The notes: generated from the letters alone by a model not told the origin. A DNA stretch of 64,000 nucleotides from Marsupella aquatica (GCA_973895155.1 OZ316897.1:15189375-15253374), one strand, 5' to 3'; shown: positions 34,360 to 50,049, counted from the stretch's first letter. Numbers and translations: made by a program.

Positions 34360-36548
34360 GGGCTGGCGAGAACATAATGTTTAAAAAGGTTCCATGCACA
34401 GAAAAAATAATTAAAACATTAAAACAACTAAAATGCAAGAGTTCAATGCACACCACAAATAAACAATTTCTCCAAGTAGAATAAGTAAATAGCGTTCTAT
34501 GCACCCAAAATGGTGAGGATATCCGTGTTCCATTTGCACACTTATAGAAGAGAGACTAGATGTGTACCACTGGATCACCACACTATTTTTCTTTCTAGGT
34601 TTTTGTGGTTTGCATTTGTCATCGTGTTTTGAGTTTAGCGTTTGGCCTCTCCCAACCTCTTTTGCTTTTTTTTCGTTGTACTTTCTTCACAATCTTTTTT
34701 AGTAAATTGTTCCTTTTTCCACCTAGAAACTGAGCCAAGTGGATTATGTAATATTGAGTAAGAAAAGGGCTTTCTTTGCATACGAGTTGGTCATAATGCT
34801 CTCCAGGACTGCACAAACCCTATTGACGCTGATCCACCAAGGATGAGAAGATCACTAGCTTCTCAACATCAATGGCTACCACGTTTCACCAACAAGCATT
34901 CAACTCGGGTTCTATAATCCAATGTCCAACACATCCTTTTCAACTGCAACAACAATAACATTTTCTGTTGACAGTGTAAGGCCAAAGAGTACTCCATCTA
35001 AAATATCCCTGCAATACAGATTCGGACCAGCAGTGGAGATACCCATAGCACTTACTAGCACTTCCAGCACCAAAATCACCGAAAAAAATACTTAGTGTAA
35101 ACGCCATTTGTTGCTTACCAACCAACGAAGTCGATTGCTTCTCCTTTCAAATTCAAAATGAAAGGAAATTCCATGTTCTTTGGCATTGAAGTATGGTTGC
35201 ATGGCATATCTCCATAAATTATTATCTTGCTGATTTTGAGACAAGCTGGGCAGCAGAAGCCCCACCGTCTCCTTCAACTTAAATCACAAGATTAGCCATT
35301 TTTTCTATTCGGAAAATTGCCAAAATGAAGGTCACTCACCAAACACAAATCTATGGCTAAGGTTGATATAAAGCAGATCGAGGAAGATCTACATGCTATC
35401 CATGTTTTCAGGAGAATCAGCAGGTGATAATTACATTGTTGACAGTAAGTAGCACAGAAGGTTCCATGTGGGGAGAGAAAATTATAGAATAAGAGACAAT
35501 GGCTGTGCACCACAAGCTAGAAAGAGGTGCATGCAGTTTCATGAGCGGAATTCAATAAAAGAAAACTGAGGAGCAAGAAAATATTTGTAATCTTCTGTCG
35601 TCTTGTAATAAAAACGTATTTCAATTTTCAAAACAAAAAAAAAACGCGTGATCCTTGCCAAGCGTCATACGTTCGCCACTTGCACACTAAAGTAAAAAGG
35701 ATTTGCTTGTCCCATATAGAATGATTGTGCACCCACTTTTGCGCTATTTCTGGAAACAGGGATTTACTAGAAACTGTTCTACAAAGTACAATGGAGTAAC
35801 AGCGAAAGAGGTCAATGGAGTAGCGAAAGGTCCCAAGACAATACAACACTAAACTCAAAAGAAGAGGGCAAATAGAAAATCCCAGGTTAAGTGAGCAGCT
35901 GCTCTAGAGCTTTCAACATTGAAACTGACAGGTGGAAACACCACAGTTTGGCCCTTGCTGAGTCTTGTGTTAGGCAAAAATATTCATTGAAAAGTAGGGT
36001 TGAGGCAAAACCAGAAAAAGATTATAGGGTCAGTACTTTGCATAGGGCATTTGATCAAAGTTCCCTGTACGGATGATCCCTCAAAAGTCTATATTGTAGA
36101 AGTTCCCCATACTTTCTATAGATTTTCCCAAGGCAGGGTCAACACTCCTTCCTACCGTAGTCATAAAGGCACCCACCAAAAGAGCACTGATGATTCCTCA
36201 AAAGTTTATACGGGAGCAAGCTCCCATACTTTCCATAGATTTTCCCAAGGCAGGGTCAAAACTACTTCCTACCGTAGTCATAAGGGCACCCACCAAAAGA
36301 GCACTACCGTAGTGCCAGGTTCGTCCCGGTATGCCACTACATAACACGAAGTCCAAATATTATTCTCGCGGTTTTGTTTTCTCGTTTCAAAAATGATGTA
36401 TACAACAAACCCCTAGATATGTGCTTTACATCTAGATGCTTAGAAAATTTTCAAAAAATAATTCTTACAAGGGTCACACAAGCATTCTAGAATATTTTGT
36501 CACTATGGTCCAAGATTTTCATAAATTTTATTTTCTTGCTGCTAGCCC
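34360..36548 (-). mobile_element. Degenerate PIF/Harbinger-like DNA transposon relic
   Basis: Imperfect inverted ends GGGCTGGCGAGAACATAATGTTTA / TAAATTTTATTTTCTTGCTGCTAGCCC. Broken minus-strand reading at ~34780-35520 (QPYFNAKEHG, TAGPNL, DIG, WISVNRVCAVLE) loosely resembles DDE_Tnp_4 motif spacing. No clean TSD. Confidence 0.4.
36072..36305. repeat. Tandem duplication, ~117-bp unit x2
   Basis: GATGAT(C/T)CCTCAAAAGT...CACCCACCAAAAGAGCACT at 36072 and 36189. Confidence 0.93.
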
Positions 36549-39500
36549 GGATGACACTGCTTCACTGTGTACTCTTCAGCTTGAGTCTCCAGTCACCTGA
36601 AGGCAAGAGCCCATGCAATGACGTTGCTCGAATCTGAGGAAAACATTGTGTGCATTTACAATAGTAGAGACGACGATGGAGCTCAAAAACATTGGCTGAG
36701 TAATACACTCAGCCAATATTTCCAATTTGAATCCTAATCACGTCAAATTGACGAAAGAATACTCTTTTGATTCCATGGAAATAAAGAACAGTCAGGTTCA
36801 AGCTAGTTCAAGCTGTTCAAGTCGTTGGCGCAGTCCGGTCACAAAGTTGAGACATTGTCAATTTGCACGTAACGCTTTGTGCAAAAAGCAAAACACAAAA
36901 GTTATACGTGGCACTATGAAACGAGGCTTATCAAACTTTCTGCAGCTTTCATTTATAACTTATCACCCCAGCACTTGAAGGCACCGTAGAAATCGTTTAA
37001 TTTAAATTATATTGTCCTTTCAGTTCTATGGTTCATGACCGAGTTCAGGGCTGTTCCACACTTCCAGTAGAATGTTGTGCATGATTGCTTGTGATTCCCA
37101 GTCCCTAAGGCAGGTAGAGAGCAAAAGCCTACGGAACGGGGTCTCTTGTAGCATGTATAACGTTACGAGTACACGTAACTTTTGTGTTCGTTCTGGATCT
37201 GGAGCAGTGAAGGTCCCAGCTAATTATCACGTCACACGTAGGAGCATCGGCGAACAGAGGCTTCCATGGTCCGCTGATCGCGCTGTGGGTCTGTAGAATA
37301 ATGTTGTCGACGTAGTACCAAAGTCTGTGCCATAGTCTCAGGCTGAAGGTCGGAGGTTAGTCAAATAATTATCGACTACTAATAAGTTGGGTGATGTCAC
37401 CTTTAGCTTGGGCGTGCACTCCTGCTGATTCCTGAATCCTCCTTGTGTGGTGTGGGGCCAGAAACCCCAATCGGACTCACAATCCACTTCCAGAGTCCAG
37501 AACTGGGACTCCCCTGTTTTTGGCACTTCGACCTTTGGTCTCTCGGAATGGTGTCGCTCTTTTGGGCCGAGATTTTGTATGCTGGTTATTTGAATGGAAT
37601 TCATTTGGTTGGTTTGTATGTTGGCTATTTGAATGTAATTCATTTGGTTTTCTCGAGAGAAAACAAAGAAAACAAGCCCGCCACTTGTGCTTGTTAATTA
37701 GCTTCACTGGCTTTGTATCGAGTTACTCGACGTGTACATAATTATATCCAACGCATATATGTACAGTGGGTTTCCTTGAATGATTGAAAAATATTAAAGG
37801 ATTCGACGACTCGATTTCGTCAGAGTGGCTGATTCTCTGCAAGAGCTCAGTCGAAAGACTATTACAGTACAATGAGCTGCATTTCTGCAGACTGAAAGAA
37901 GACTTTACTTCACTAGTGTACCATAAGTTACTCGCCGGCCCAGATCACATGGGATAGCCTCCTCAAATGTTTACATGCCGAGTGGATCTATGATAATGGG
38001 GTGGCTGTGATTCGCTGTTTTGCTAGCGTACGAGTCAGCGAGAGCTCTAAGGGGCCACGTCTGAAAAATTGTCTAACGCATTGAAACTCACGAATCATAA
38101 TGATTATTTCGTCATTCGGATCTAGCACCAGCATAGGAAAGTAGCCTGCGACTACTTGCCTCGATCGTCCAGCGCTGTTTTTTTCTCAGTTTCTTGACAA
38201 ATGCCATGGGTCTCGGAGGGCAAATATATATGTGACTCATTTATTAAATTTACATTTATACATATTTGCAGATGGAAAATTAAACAGAATTTGGCATATT
38301 TTTCCCCCTAATTTTTCCCTTGTATGCCAGCAGAAAAGATTTGGCGAGAATCTGCCAACTAAGAAAAATCGCTTCACAGTCATGACCTAGCCTCATCGTC
38401 ACATTGGCTGCGTGTGGATTTGGAGACAGCCCCAACAAACTGTTGTGCTCGATCTCGATCAGGGATTCTGTATATATGTAGCTGAGAGTAGGGACAGATA
38501 GCACTCACTATACAATCGAGTAGCTTCCACGCTATAAAAAGGGGTTGCATTCTCGGCAGATTAGGGCCGCGGGACTGATTCCGAAAATCCAAATGGTCCC
38601 GTGAGATTAGCCGCATGGTCTTGTCTGATATCTTGCGAACTGTAGTAGACTAGAGCTCTACTGTAGAAGTATTTCAAATCATGGGACTTTTTCCTTTTGA
38701 GACCCCAACGAATTTGGGACTTACACAAACTTGTTCGATTCTGGGTTGGGCACAATTTCCCAGGCTACTTTCGTGCCCCCGGACCAGGAGCGTTGCCGCC
38801 CTGGAATGAAACCACACAGGTACAGGAAAGAAGAATTCACGACATAATTATGACAGCCCCAAGAATGTGTTGGATGCGTTCACTTGTCCAACTGAACTGA
38901 AGGGGCCTGATTGAACAATCAGGTCCATAGCCCACACGACAGAAAATACATGCAAGCAACTGCAAAAACATCATCTCCACTAGCTTATCATCTCCACTAG
39001 CTTTCGGCTGCATTTTCTGTTGGGGGAGGGGGGAGCGGGGGGGGAAGACATCGTCTTTAGTTCCCTTCTGAAAAAGGAGACCATCTCCACTTGTGCACCT
39101 GAATAACTCTTGATGGTTACTCAACGAAAAGGGGTTCTTTCGTGCCTTCAAAAAGAAAAACTTGTGATCGGCTACGTATTCCTCCGAAGTCCCAACTTGT
39201 GCACCATTACTGAATGACCACAAGTAAAGCAAAAGCATGCTCAAAAATACTCCTTGGACCACAACTCAAAAGACTACAAAACACAAGCATGCAGCACGCC
39301 AAGCACCAAAGACACCATCCCACTTGTGCCCCTCTGAACCTCGCTTTGAACGAGTCTGTTATTGTGATTTGCTATAATTAGAATTCTGATCGGGCTTTTT
39401 TGTTTTTTCTGGAAAAAGGGACAGCGCCCTTTCTGATAGGGCTATGAGGTCTTGCGTTTGTCTTGCTTTTTATTGCTGTGCATCATGCCTGGATAACACA

Positions 39501-39899
39501 GACATCTGTGAGTGATTAGGCTCTTTTTTTCCTTTTCTAGCACGATAGAAACTCAGGAATGGCTATTCTTAGCATGACTTTTGTCCATCATAAAGTACAG
39601 CAAGTGACCGCGCTCGTGAATCAAGCCCGCGCCTGTAATATTTTCTTGATTATACAATAATGGATGAAATGAATAGTGGCGTAAACAAGGTGCCGCGTTG
39701 TTTTTCTTTTTGTCTCGAATGAGTTCTTTATACAATTTGTAACGTAAATGGTTACAGATTGTAGTTAATGTAGCTGGATAGCCCATAGAGAGGAGATCTA
39801 GGCCAATCCCCACCAGACCCAGACCTAGCTTTAAAGTAGTGTCTGTTGGCTACTTGTGTCTTGAGATGATATTAATAAAATCTTGACATTTTCTGTGCC

Positions 39900-41300
39900 A
39901 AAACAAGTAGAGTTTGTTGAGATCTGCATGTTTCACAGCATGCAGTGCGGATTAGCATTAATTTGGCCAAAACCAGTAGCACTAATTCCCAGCGTGTTGA
40001 TCGCGACTCATAGCACTGTTAGACTTGCAGGGAAGTCAGCTGTGCTAGTTATCATTCATGATATCAATCGTGCTGATCAAGGGCTTTTCATATCATGGAG
40101 AGATTTACAGTTCTCTCCAGTTTCCCAGCACGAAGCGTCAGTCGTATTTCAAATTTCTTAAAGCCCCCACAAGTGGCCACTGTAGTTGTCTCTTTCATTC
40201 TTGTGGGTTTTGGAGTCAACCTTGTGAGTTTTGTGCTACGCTTAAGAAACGTTAGGCAATGCTATATCAGGCAAATGTCAACTCGATCTTTAATTTTGGC
40301 CAAACACAAATTAATCATGTTACAGAAATTATTGATCAGGAGAGAATTGTATGTACTTTCTATCAAACGTTCTCAGATTTGTGACTCAATCAAACAGTGA
40401 AGAGCATGAGTGTGCGTGCTATATACACTTGACAGGCAATTCCATACGAAGTACCACAACTTTGCTTTTGGCAATTGGATGTAGCTGTGTAAAACTTGGG
40501 GAGAGCAACTACAACATACTTTGATGTTAGTTGTAGCTTTATCAGGGTTTACTTTGGAGGCCCAGGCTAGAATAATAAGAACAAAAGACAATTTGGAGGC
40601 TGGGCTACTATCAATTCTCAGTTCCTTCTTTGATCCTGACAGCTCCACTTTACTCGGCAAGAAGTTGAGAATTCTCATGACGGTTTTTTGATGATGAACA
40701 GAACCTCAAATATTCTCTGGGATAGTCAACTTGGGGAGGACATTCGCCAGCACATTTATAACAAATATCGTAGGTGATATTCTGTGGGTCTAAAATTTCT
40801 TACTTTATAACGTGAGGGTTCTGTTCTGCTCAGATTTCTCGGTCAGCTGCGGGGCTGGTTCCCTCAGGCAGGTTTCCTTCCCTTCTTTCCAAAAAAGAAA
40901 ACAAATTGCTGTAGGTTGTTCAACTTGGGGACGGCAGTCGACAGCACATTTGTGATCATAGAGGTATGGTATGCATACGTCTGTGATTGACTTTGCTGGA
41001 ACTTCGTTTTTTAATGTGAAATCAAAAGCTGTATAAATCACCGACCAGGGAGGTACAAGTACATGCAGAGCAGAGTAGGGTGATTCCAGAACAAAACGAA
41101 ATCGCGATACTGTAGTCAACCCAACGAGAACTACAGTGGCCTCCTTCTAAGTGCACACCTTGAGGAAGCAGCTCGGGCCTTGCACTTGCATGTGGTTTGC
41201 AGTGTTCATGCTTCCACAGTGCCAAGAGAAATATATTCTCATTGTGCCTCTCTGTCCCTACACATTTACGAAACTGCCTCCTTCACAAGTTCAGGTAGGA
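39900..41300 (-). pseudogene. Decayed hAT-family transposase fragment
   Basis: Minus-strand motifs in hAT order: PDKATTNIK (cf. TDNAxN), STHTHALH (cf. CxAHxLxL), TFLKRSTK, STRW (cf. TRWNS); many stops and frameshifts. Confidence 0.5.
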
Positions 41301-44300
41301 TTTTTGTGCTTGCTTTTCAGATTGTACATCACCCAAACCGTGGCTCCTTTCTCATCGCTAGAACATTTACTTTACATAAAAACTGTAGACTTTATCCATA
41401 AGAGTTCAGAATAAGCTTTATGCTCTTATGTTTGGGTAGAAGAGAATGTACTCAAAAGACAATGTACATATACCCTAATAAAAGGGTTTGCTTTTGTGTA
41501 TGTGTTGCTTATTGGAGATCTCGTTAGCTTATAAAATCTTCCAAAGTGATCAGAAAAAAGTGGAACAACAGTCCACCTTGCAATAAGCCAAGTTTTGCAC
41601 TTATGGATTTTGCACTTATGGATTTTGCACTTCAACAGAGGTGACTTTACATCCAACCGGTAACTGGCCACGTAGACTTCAGACTCGAGGCATAACAAAA
41701 ATAAAATAAAATAACACCAGGCAGGAGAGACCTTTGTTGGAGATATGCAAATGACAGTGGATATAGGATACCCCTTTGATTGAAACCCTGAGGTACTACT
41801 CAACTACTGAAATCTCATTTATTTATTCTTGACAAGAATTATTTCATCCTCAATGCTTTATTTCTCATCTTTGGGTGTCATTTGGCACCCATCCAAGCAT
41901 CGCATCAACTATAGCTATCCATGAGAGCTTCAGTTTTCGACAGTCCACTTGCTTGCTGTTTCTGCACCAGCTTTAAAGTCAAACATTGAAGTCCTTCCGA
42001 GCATTTCTCAATTGTCATGTGAGCGCGAAATGAATGAAAACCTTGAGACTCATGTGCACCTTGCTTTGGGCAAAAAAGATTGGCTGGGAAATTGACTGGG
42101 AGATTGGCTGGGATGATTGTTTTTCTTTTCTCCAACCTGTCGGGCCGCCCAAGCCAGGTTCTCATGTACTGGGGGATTCTCTTGGCTGCATGCATGCAGA
42201 CAAGTACAAGCCAGATGATTGCAAAATGAAACATCCAGGTTCGGCTTTTCTACTAAGGGAAAAAGTAGTCGGAGAGCAATGCGCGTGTCGCAGGCATAAA
42301 GTTAGCAACGTCTCGAAGATAATCATTGACGAGAGGACATCCAAGAGTGGCTATGGTTACCGAAAGGGGAGCGAAAAAAGGTCTCCCTGCCAGATTCCCC
42401 TTTCCCGTCCAGGCAAAAAGGCTCGGAGTCCACGTCGATCAATCATCACACTCGCACACCTCGGAGATCCGCACACCTTGGAGATCATAGCCTTCGTTCT
42501 AGGCTACTTTTGACGGAAAGCCATTTTTATACGGGATCCAAGTCCCCGATTATTTTTCTTAGAATAATATTTGGAATCGGAAAAGTTCTAAAAGTGTCCC
42601 CAGCCTAAGAGGTATTAAAATATATAATTAGCCGTCTATTGGATTGGAGGAAGGTAGGTTGAAGTCAACAGCATTACAGTACTGTATTGTACAGGCAGCA
42701 TTGGATAGCAGTCACAGGGGAATGGTTACAATGTCGACCGTTCAATAAAGCAGATCGATTCTTTATTTCTTCTGCAAAAGAAATCCAGCAACACTTTCCC
42801 GATATACAGTGGGGCTCGTGGCCGGTGACAACCGAAAGGCGATTTTCGAACTAGTGTTATTTTGGACGGTAATGTGAATCATACCTCCACTACTTTGCAG
42901 ATTAAGGTCTGCTCTTGAAAAGGACAGTGAAAAGGACAGTGAAGTCTAATCATGACCTTCTACGGTCTCACACAAGAAAATAATCGAGGCTTTATCATGG
43001 CACCTTACCTAGATGGCATGCTGCATGCAAACACGAGTGTTGAGATTTGAGAGCGAGCTTCTAACAGAATGCTCATAGCTTGAATTAATTCCTGGAACGG
43101 ACTTTTTACGAACTGGATCTAAGCGGGTCAATTATGACTCATTGCTCCCAGAATAGTTTTGAAGTGACCAATTAACTATGGTTTCTCCTCGTACACGTCG
43201 CATGACACCTCAAGACTGGGAGCATTACAATACCTTGAGAAGGATGTTCTGCATGCTTTGCGCTCATTTTATGTTCCAAAAGTTAGACACGTCGGTACAC
43301 AAAATCACACATTGTACAGTAGGTGACTTTGAATGTACGGCGTTGTAGATATTTCATAGCCGACGTGCATATTGTTTTTGATTCGAAGCTTGGCTGATGT
43401 ACGTTCTCAACTACAGTACTACAGTGTTCGGGGCTGGCAAGTCTAGAAATTATACATAATTAATGAAGAAACACGGTCGCGGGATGCCAAGGCTCGCCAG
43501 GTGTCTACAGAAAGAATGAGTATGATTTTTTGGTGCCGAGGAACAAAGTTCTCCAGACTGGCGAGTGGGTCTAAGAGTCTCTTGTAGACGGAAGCACCAT
43601 CATCGCCTCCAGTTATAAGTCAGCCCACTCCCTGTGGGTGGATCTGGAGCTTCTTTAGATGGGTCATCGAGAACTACAGTAGTTCAGCAGTGTTGGACCA
43701 CCTTTTCACCTGAGAATTACTGAAAGACCGGCACACATGGAATGCGACAAACAGGAAAGGCCAAGTGTTCAATCTAGTCAAATCCAAATTGGCTGCAAGT
43801 CACGAGTATCTCTCTCGGTATTTGTACCCCGTCATCTCTTTTGCCCATATTGACTCGTGGCTGATATGTGGCCTGGATCTCTGTTGTGGGAGTCAATTCT
43901 CAAACTGAGTTGTTGTTACTCTCTTTAATTTTTATGTTTCTTCTTGGATACATAATTTTGGTTTTGATCATTATATATTCAAAAAAATAATCTAGAATTT
44001 ACAAATGGAAGTGTTTAAGAAATATTTAGGACCTCGTTTGTGCCAAAAATATTAATAATTGGGAGTAACTGTTAAACCCGCTGTTAACAATTTAATTTGC
44101 AAACTCTGTACCATTTTTGTGAGGTACCGTATGAAATCGGAGTCTCAAATTGCAGTTTATGTGACATGTTTCAAATCCTTCAAACATATAGACCTGTTAC
44201 CCACCCAATCGTTACCTGATCACATTTGCGATTCCTGCAAACAACTCTGAGTAATTACCAGAAGAGTGATATTAGGGAACGGGATGTTCTCCTATTGTCT

Positions 44301-47300
44301 GAGCTGAATGCTCATTAAACCACGTTCAGTAATACACTGGTCAATTATAAATAATTAAAATATTGAGGATGGAGAATTGCGTCAGATCTGCATATTCAAC
44401 AAAAGTAGACGAATTATAATATAGGAATGAACAGTCCCCACCGGTATGATTTATGCACGTACTTAGCTAAGGACTTGTAGTGATTTGGAAAATAAATGTC
44501 GTGTTATTACACAGCTCATTAGTTTGTAAGAGCTGGCAACAAAAGTTCTGGTGAAGGGCCAAAGTAAGAGCAGGTTCCAACGTTTAATTAACAACATCAT
44601 CAACTGTCTACAATCCTCATAAGCAGTTTGTTATGCATGTCTAATTAAGTAGACAAAAACAAGGACCCGCTAGATTGCGAGCTAGATTGGTGACAGGATG
44701 AGTAACGTGCTAGAAATACATCAGAGAGTATATATAGAATCTTGGAACCCTGACACGTAAATTGATGCATAGATCAAATCAAACCTATACTGGCTGACCA
44801 GTGAGCATATGGGCCGTTCAGAGTCCCGTTTCACCAACGTCCATGTAGGTTAGAACCAACACTTTATTAGTTTTCGTTTGGGAATCGACGTTCCCGCACG
44901 TTCGTCCAGTTTGATACCCGCGGCCAGCCTGAGTTCAGTAAATACTACAGTTTGTCGATCTACATACTCCATTGAAAGACCTTCAAGATTCATTCATTGA
45001 ACTCTCCATTTAAAGGCACTCGAGGTTAATTCATTGAACTCACGCGTCTGATCGTCGTTCTTCGTTAATGTCCCTTTTCGTTTAGGAAAACTACCACTGT
45101 GCCAGTCATAAAGACATTAACTTAACCTGACCATCTTTCGGAGCGCTGGATTCGTAACCTTTCGTAGCCCTGGATTCGTAACAAGGCTGAAATCGTGTGT
45201 ACTGAAATGTAGAATTTGGGTAGAAGCGGTCAGGTCGTCAGAAACTGGAACTGGAAATGAAGGGAACGACGTGGGGAATTTTTCATCATGGTTACATTCA
45301 TGTCACTGATCCAGCATTTTAGAATAATGTGTAGTCTACCTTCTAGAAATGACTTAATACCTGTGGTTGAAAGTGAGAGGAACCATGATTCAATTAACAT
45401 GTATTTCCAGACTCGAGAGTGTTATTATAAATATGCATTCGGAGTTTAGGCAGTCTTTGATCTCCTGAGAATGATTCTGTCCTAGTACAGGGCTAGGTAT
45501 CATAAAACATTTTCTGTCCTAGTACAGGGATATATGGTCTGTTTCGGTGTTCATGGTGAACTCCTGTAGTTGTGAAGAGTATTTTCAGGTAAATTACCTG
45601 ATTGAACTTGGTAGGCTAATGTTTTCCAATGAATAAGCTCACCTTCGTATCGTAGCGCGGTTGCTTCTAGTAGTGCTGAAGGCCCCCAATCTCTTAGAGA
45701 CAGTCCACTTTGCTAGGAGTGAGCTCACAGCCAAAAGCTGTGGTTCAAAAGATAATTCACGAGAACAGACAAGCAGGCGACAAATCACCTCTCCAAATTA
45801 GATCACCATGCATTCAAGGTTCCCTTCATGTATATGAATCAGACGAGCAGGGAATTGTCACTAAGAGCGTGTATTTTGATAAGAAAAGTAAGAGAACTAC
45901 AGCATTGAATTTCAAAGGATCCCCAATTGGGCTCAGGGACATCCTTGAATTTCAAAACATCCCCAATTGGGCTCAGGGCAGATAGTACCAGGTAGCAGCA
46001 CAAACTAGCTAGTAAGGTAGTACATAGAATGAATGCTAGGAAATGAGAGGTTAGACCATCATTGAAAGCACTAGTAATTGTACATATTCGATCAGACGTT
46101 AGTCTCTCCAGACAGTTGTCCACCGAAGATAACCCCATCTTCAAACTAAAGGATTCCTCATTCCTCAAAAGATATTGGACGAACTAGGAGCGGCCTCAAG
46201 GAATTGAAGGCTGCTTAATTTTCGGTCCACAAGAAGTACGTGCCGTTCTAAATAGATCGGATTGCCAGATTGACATCAACTATCATTGCGGGAGTACAAT
46301 AAAAAACACAATGATCGAGAGTGAGATCCATATCTAAATGAATATCAGACAATCAGATTAAAAAAACCAATGAGAAATGTACAGAAGCTTACTCGATCAC
46401 TATCATCATGAAACTGAAGTGAAAAATCAAGAATGGTGAAAAGTTCGGTCAGTTCATGCACCATTTATACACCTATGCAGAGGCATCCCACAAAACACCA
46501 AAGTTGAAGTAGGACATACCTCATATGGAACTGGTTAGTAGGACATACCTCATATGGAACTGGTTATCAAGCTCAGTTTTTCTGTAGGGATGAATAATCA
46601 CGCGTCTAGTGATACAAACCATTCTTGTACATATAAACGAATACTTGTTCTAATTGATGGAGCTCCCAGATTGGAAAGACATTCCTTTAAATATCATATG
46701 ACGTAAAATTAATTTTAAATTCTAAAAAATAAAAATCTTTCAACCAAAAATCATCATGTGTTTTATTTATCATAAAAAAATTATCACGTGTTTTATCTAT
46801 CACAAAAAAATTATCATATGCTTTATTTATTCCCTAAATTTTTATCTCATATATGAAAAATAAAATAAAATTTTTAATTAAAATATATTTATTTATTTTA
46901 ATAATTTTTTATGACAATTTTTAATTGAAAGATATAAATATTTATTCAATTATATATATTTTTAATAAAACAATATTTATATCTTTCAACTAAGAATCAT
47001 CATATACATGAGAATGAAAATCATCACATGTTATAAAAATTACCAAATGTTATCCCGTGAGAATAAAAATCATCACTTGGTATGAGAATTACCAAATGTT
47101 ATATTGCTATGAGAATTACCAAATGCTATAGTGGAGTACCTTTGAGTAATACCTTAGGTAATGTGTGTACTTGCTTATAAAAGGAGAAAGTATGTAGTGA
47201 AAGTTTCTTAAATAATTTCTTACAGCTCCCATAGGTCTAAGTTTGCACCCTCACCATCTTTGGCCTTCCAGCATTTTTCCACGTTCAGGGGAGTTGAATT

Positions 47301-49531
47301 CACCTTAGTTACTGTCGTTAGATCCTTCATGTCTTTGAGCGGGTCTTTGAGCCGTACATTCATCGTTCTCGGAATTGCCAGCAAAGAACACCCCGAGAAG
47401 CCGTCAAGCTCTGGACCTTTGGACTTTGACAGTTAATCACGCGCCAGTGAACAACCTGTTCAAACTGACATGACTCGTGAAGTGGGAAAGTGAAACTCAC
47501 TGGAACTACGAAGCATGCTGAGCGATTCCACTTCAAACGAAGAAGTAAACTGTTGATTTCTCAGCCTCAATTCTGAACGGTCAGGGTGAAATGTTAGTGC
47601 ACCTTAAGGCCAAGCCAGAGTTAACTGTCAGAGGTTGGAATTTCGATCATCGCAATCCAGAGCTTGCCTTCAAAAAGTACTATTTCTGGTCGACAACATC
47701 GACTTACGCGTCTGCTCGATCTCGATCAGTGCCTCGCATTGTAAAAGGCTCCACGATGTCATACATTCTGAGTCACGATCGTTCCCTGCACGATCCTGAT
47801 CGAGCAAATTTGGTCACAATTACATTTGCGTTAATATCGTGAAATGTCGAAAGTAGGTAATCAGGTCGACATCACGATCAGAGCATGAAGCAGAAAACGA
47901 TCGCAAGAAGGAAGCTACAGACACTGTCCAAGACAGCCCGACACACTGCTGATGCTGGGCCTTCAGACGAGGTCACCCCACTCGGAGAAGAGCGAAGGCC
48001 GCTGGATAACACCTATCACTGCCATCTCCTGCCAAACTCACTAGGTACGGCAGAAGAAGATGATGGAGAAACTGAGAAACTCAAGTAACTCGATCAACTT
48101 CAGCAGACTGTTCTCGTTCAAGTGCTATTGTCACTAATCTGGCTGATCTCGCTGTACAAGATCAGAATGATTTCGGGCTCCATTTGCACGGGTGCTGGAT
48201 AAGAATCCTACGAAGACGGACAAGGAGACGCGGCCGAGTTTTGATCTTTCGGACAAAACAGCACCCAAACGAACAACAGCCACTGTCAAGGGACCAAGCT
48301 GCAGCTGAGAACGGCCCAACCCAGCAAACCCTTCTTAAGACGAAGAGGATATGAAGCGGGAGATAAGGGGCAAGAAATAAACTCTAGGGGTAAAGCGGAA
48401 CCTAGAGGCCAAGGACTCGGGTTCAAGTGGTCATGAGCACGGCAAGTCAAATATGAAGCAATCGGAGGAATATCTTGACTTGCAAAAATTCTCAGAGACT
48501 ACGTACAAATGAAGCGGAATGAAAGACAATTCAAAGCAGCACAAGGCGGAGAATTTCTTTGGACCCTCGATAAATTCTGAGTATCATTCCACATATTTCA
48601 ATCATGATGAAGCTTCAGGCTTTCCTCATCTCTTACCTTGACCTTCTCACCAGCGACACAGATCTTGATCGATTGCCATGGTTAGGTGTAGATGCCAAAT
48701 TTCTAACTTCACGGCTACGGCAGCCGCATTCAAGCTTATCTCCTTCCACTGACCAAGCCACAGACGCCCCACTCAGTGACACATGCGCAGGCCTACCATA
48801 GCTGCAACGATAGCATTCCAAGTTTCTCATGATCTAGGTGCAGTAGTTTAGTTTAGTGCACATTTTGGGAACAAAAGTTATTGCAGCCTGTCTATCATCG
48901 AATGCTTAACAGTCCGACCTCGATCACCCTCGACGAGAGATTCACAATAGTATGGGCCGTGAACATTTGATAGGCTACACAGGTGCTGATTCGTAATGGC
49001 GATTACAGGGAGGATCGAAGCTGATTGGTACTGGCGATTAAAGGGAGGATTCAATGACTGTACGTTTCTCCTTGAATGGCTAATTTCATTTTCAGCATGG
49101 ACACCCAATGTGTCTGAAAGTACAGCCTGAACAACTGGATCATTCATTGCCCAACATTTGTTTAAAAGAAAAATTAACCGACTTTGAGCAAGCCAAGCAA
49201 TTAGCTTGCAGGAAAGGAAAACCCTGGTTTGTATTTTTATTTACATAATTCTTACAGCATGAAAAGGGGAAAAGCAATGGGGTGGGGACGGTGAAACATG
49301 GAACCCCATGACCCTGACTGCCTTCTACATCTTCACTCTTGTTCACACCCTTTTTGTTTCTAAAAAAAAATCAAAAGCAAAGTTAGACATTCAACCCAAT
49401 ATTACATATTCAGTGATATATAACCCAATATTACATATTCAGTAGCCAGTATTCAACCCAATTTTACGTTGTCAGTCTCAGGGTTAGTGTTTGTGAAAGG
49501 TTGACAAATTGATAACATTGATGGTGGCATA

Positions 49532-49830
49532 TATAAGATTGAAATAGACAACATGACGTCTCCAAATCATCACTCGAGTACACTGACACAAAGATACATG
49601 GTTCACCCATATGGGTTACGTCCACCGCCACACCAAAGGCCTCATTCACAATTGGGATGATATGCAAAACAATGAGATATTCTCTCTAATTTACACAAAG
49701 TTCTCAACTAAGTGCTCTCTCTCCATGGGATACAAAGAGAGTTATCCATTCATGAGAGTCTAGTCAAGTAATGTTAACTTCGGTTAATTTACTCTAGTTA
49801 ACCTAGCCGAGGTTGAGTCAAACCCTAAAA
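49532..49830 (-). mobile_element. Diverged lone LTR, family B
   Basis: Reverse complement aligns along 15701-16036 (TTCTCAACTAAGTGCTCTCT, GGGATACAAAGAG, GTCTAGTCAA, GGTTGAGTCAAACCCTAA); ends decayed, no 5-bp TSD. Confidence 0.85.
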
Positions 49831-50049
49831 GGTGGGATATAGATCACCCATCATAATTGAATTTGCTCTAGCAAGGGAAAGAGAGTCATGACTATGCCAA
49901 AATGTCACTAGTAATGTAATTTGCATCTCCTTTAATTTGCACATCCTCGTTGCACTTGAAGAATGTCAGAACAACATTTTTTGATGTATCAATTGAGGCT
50001 TGGGATCCTCACTTCTTTTCTTCCGACCCATCACAAGCAAATAAGTATA

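Noticed and set aside
46990-48800. Possible gypsy LTR and gag-leader relic; similar suspicion for 51900-52600
   Set aside because: No paired LTR, PBS or diagnostic domain recognised.
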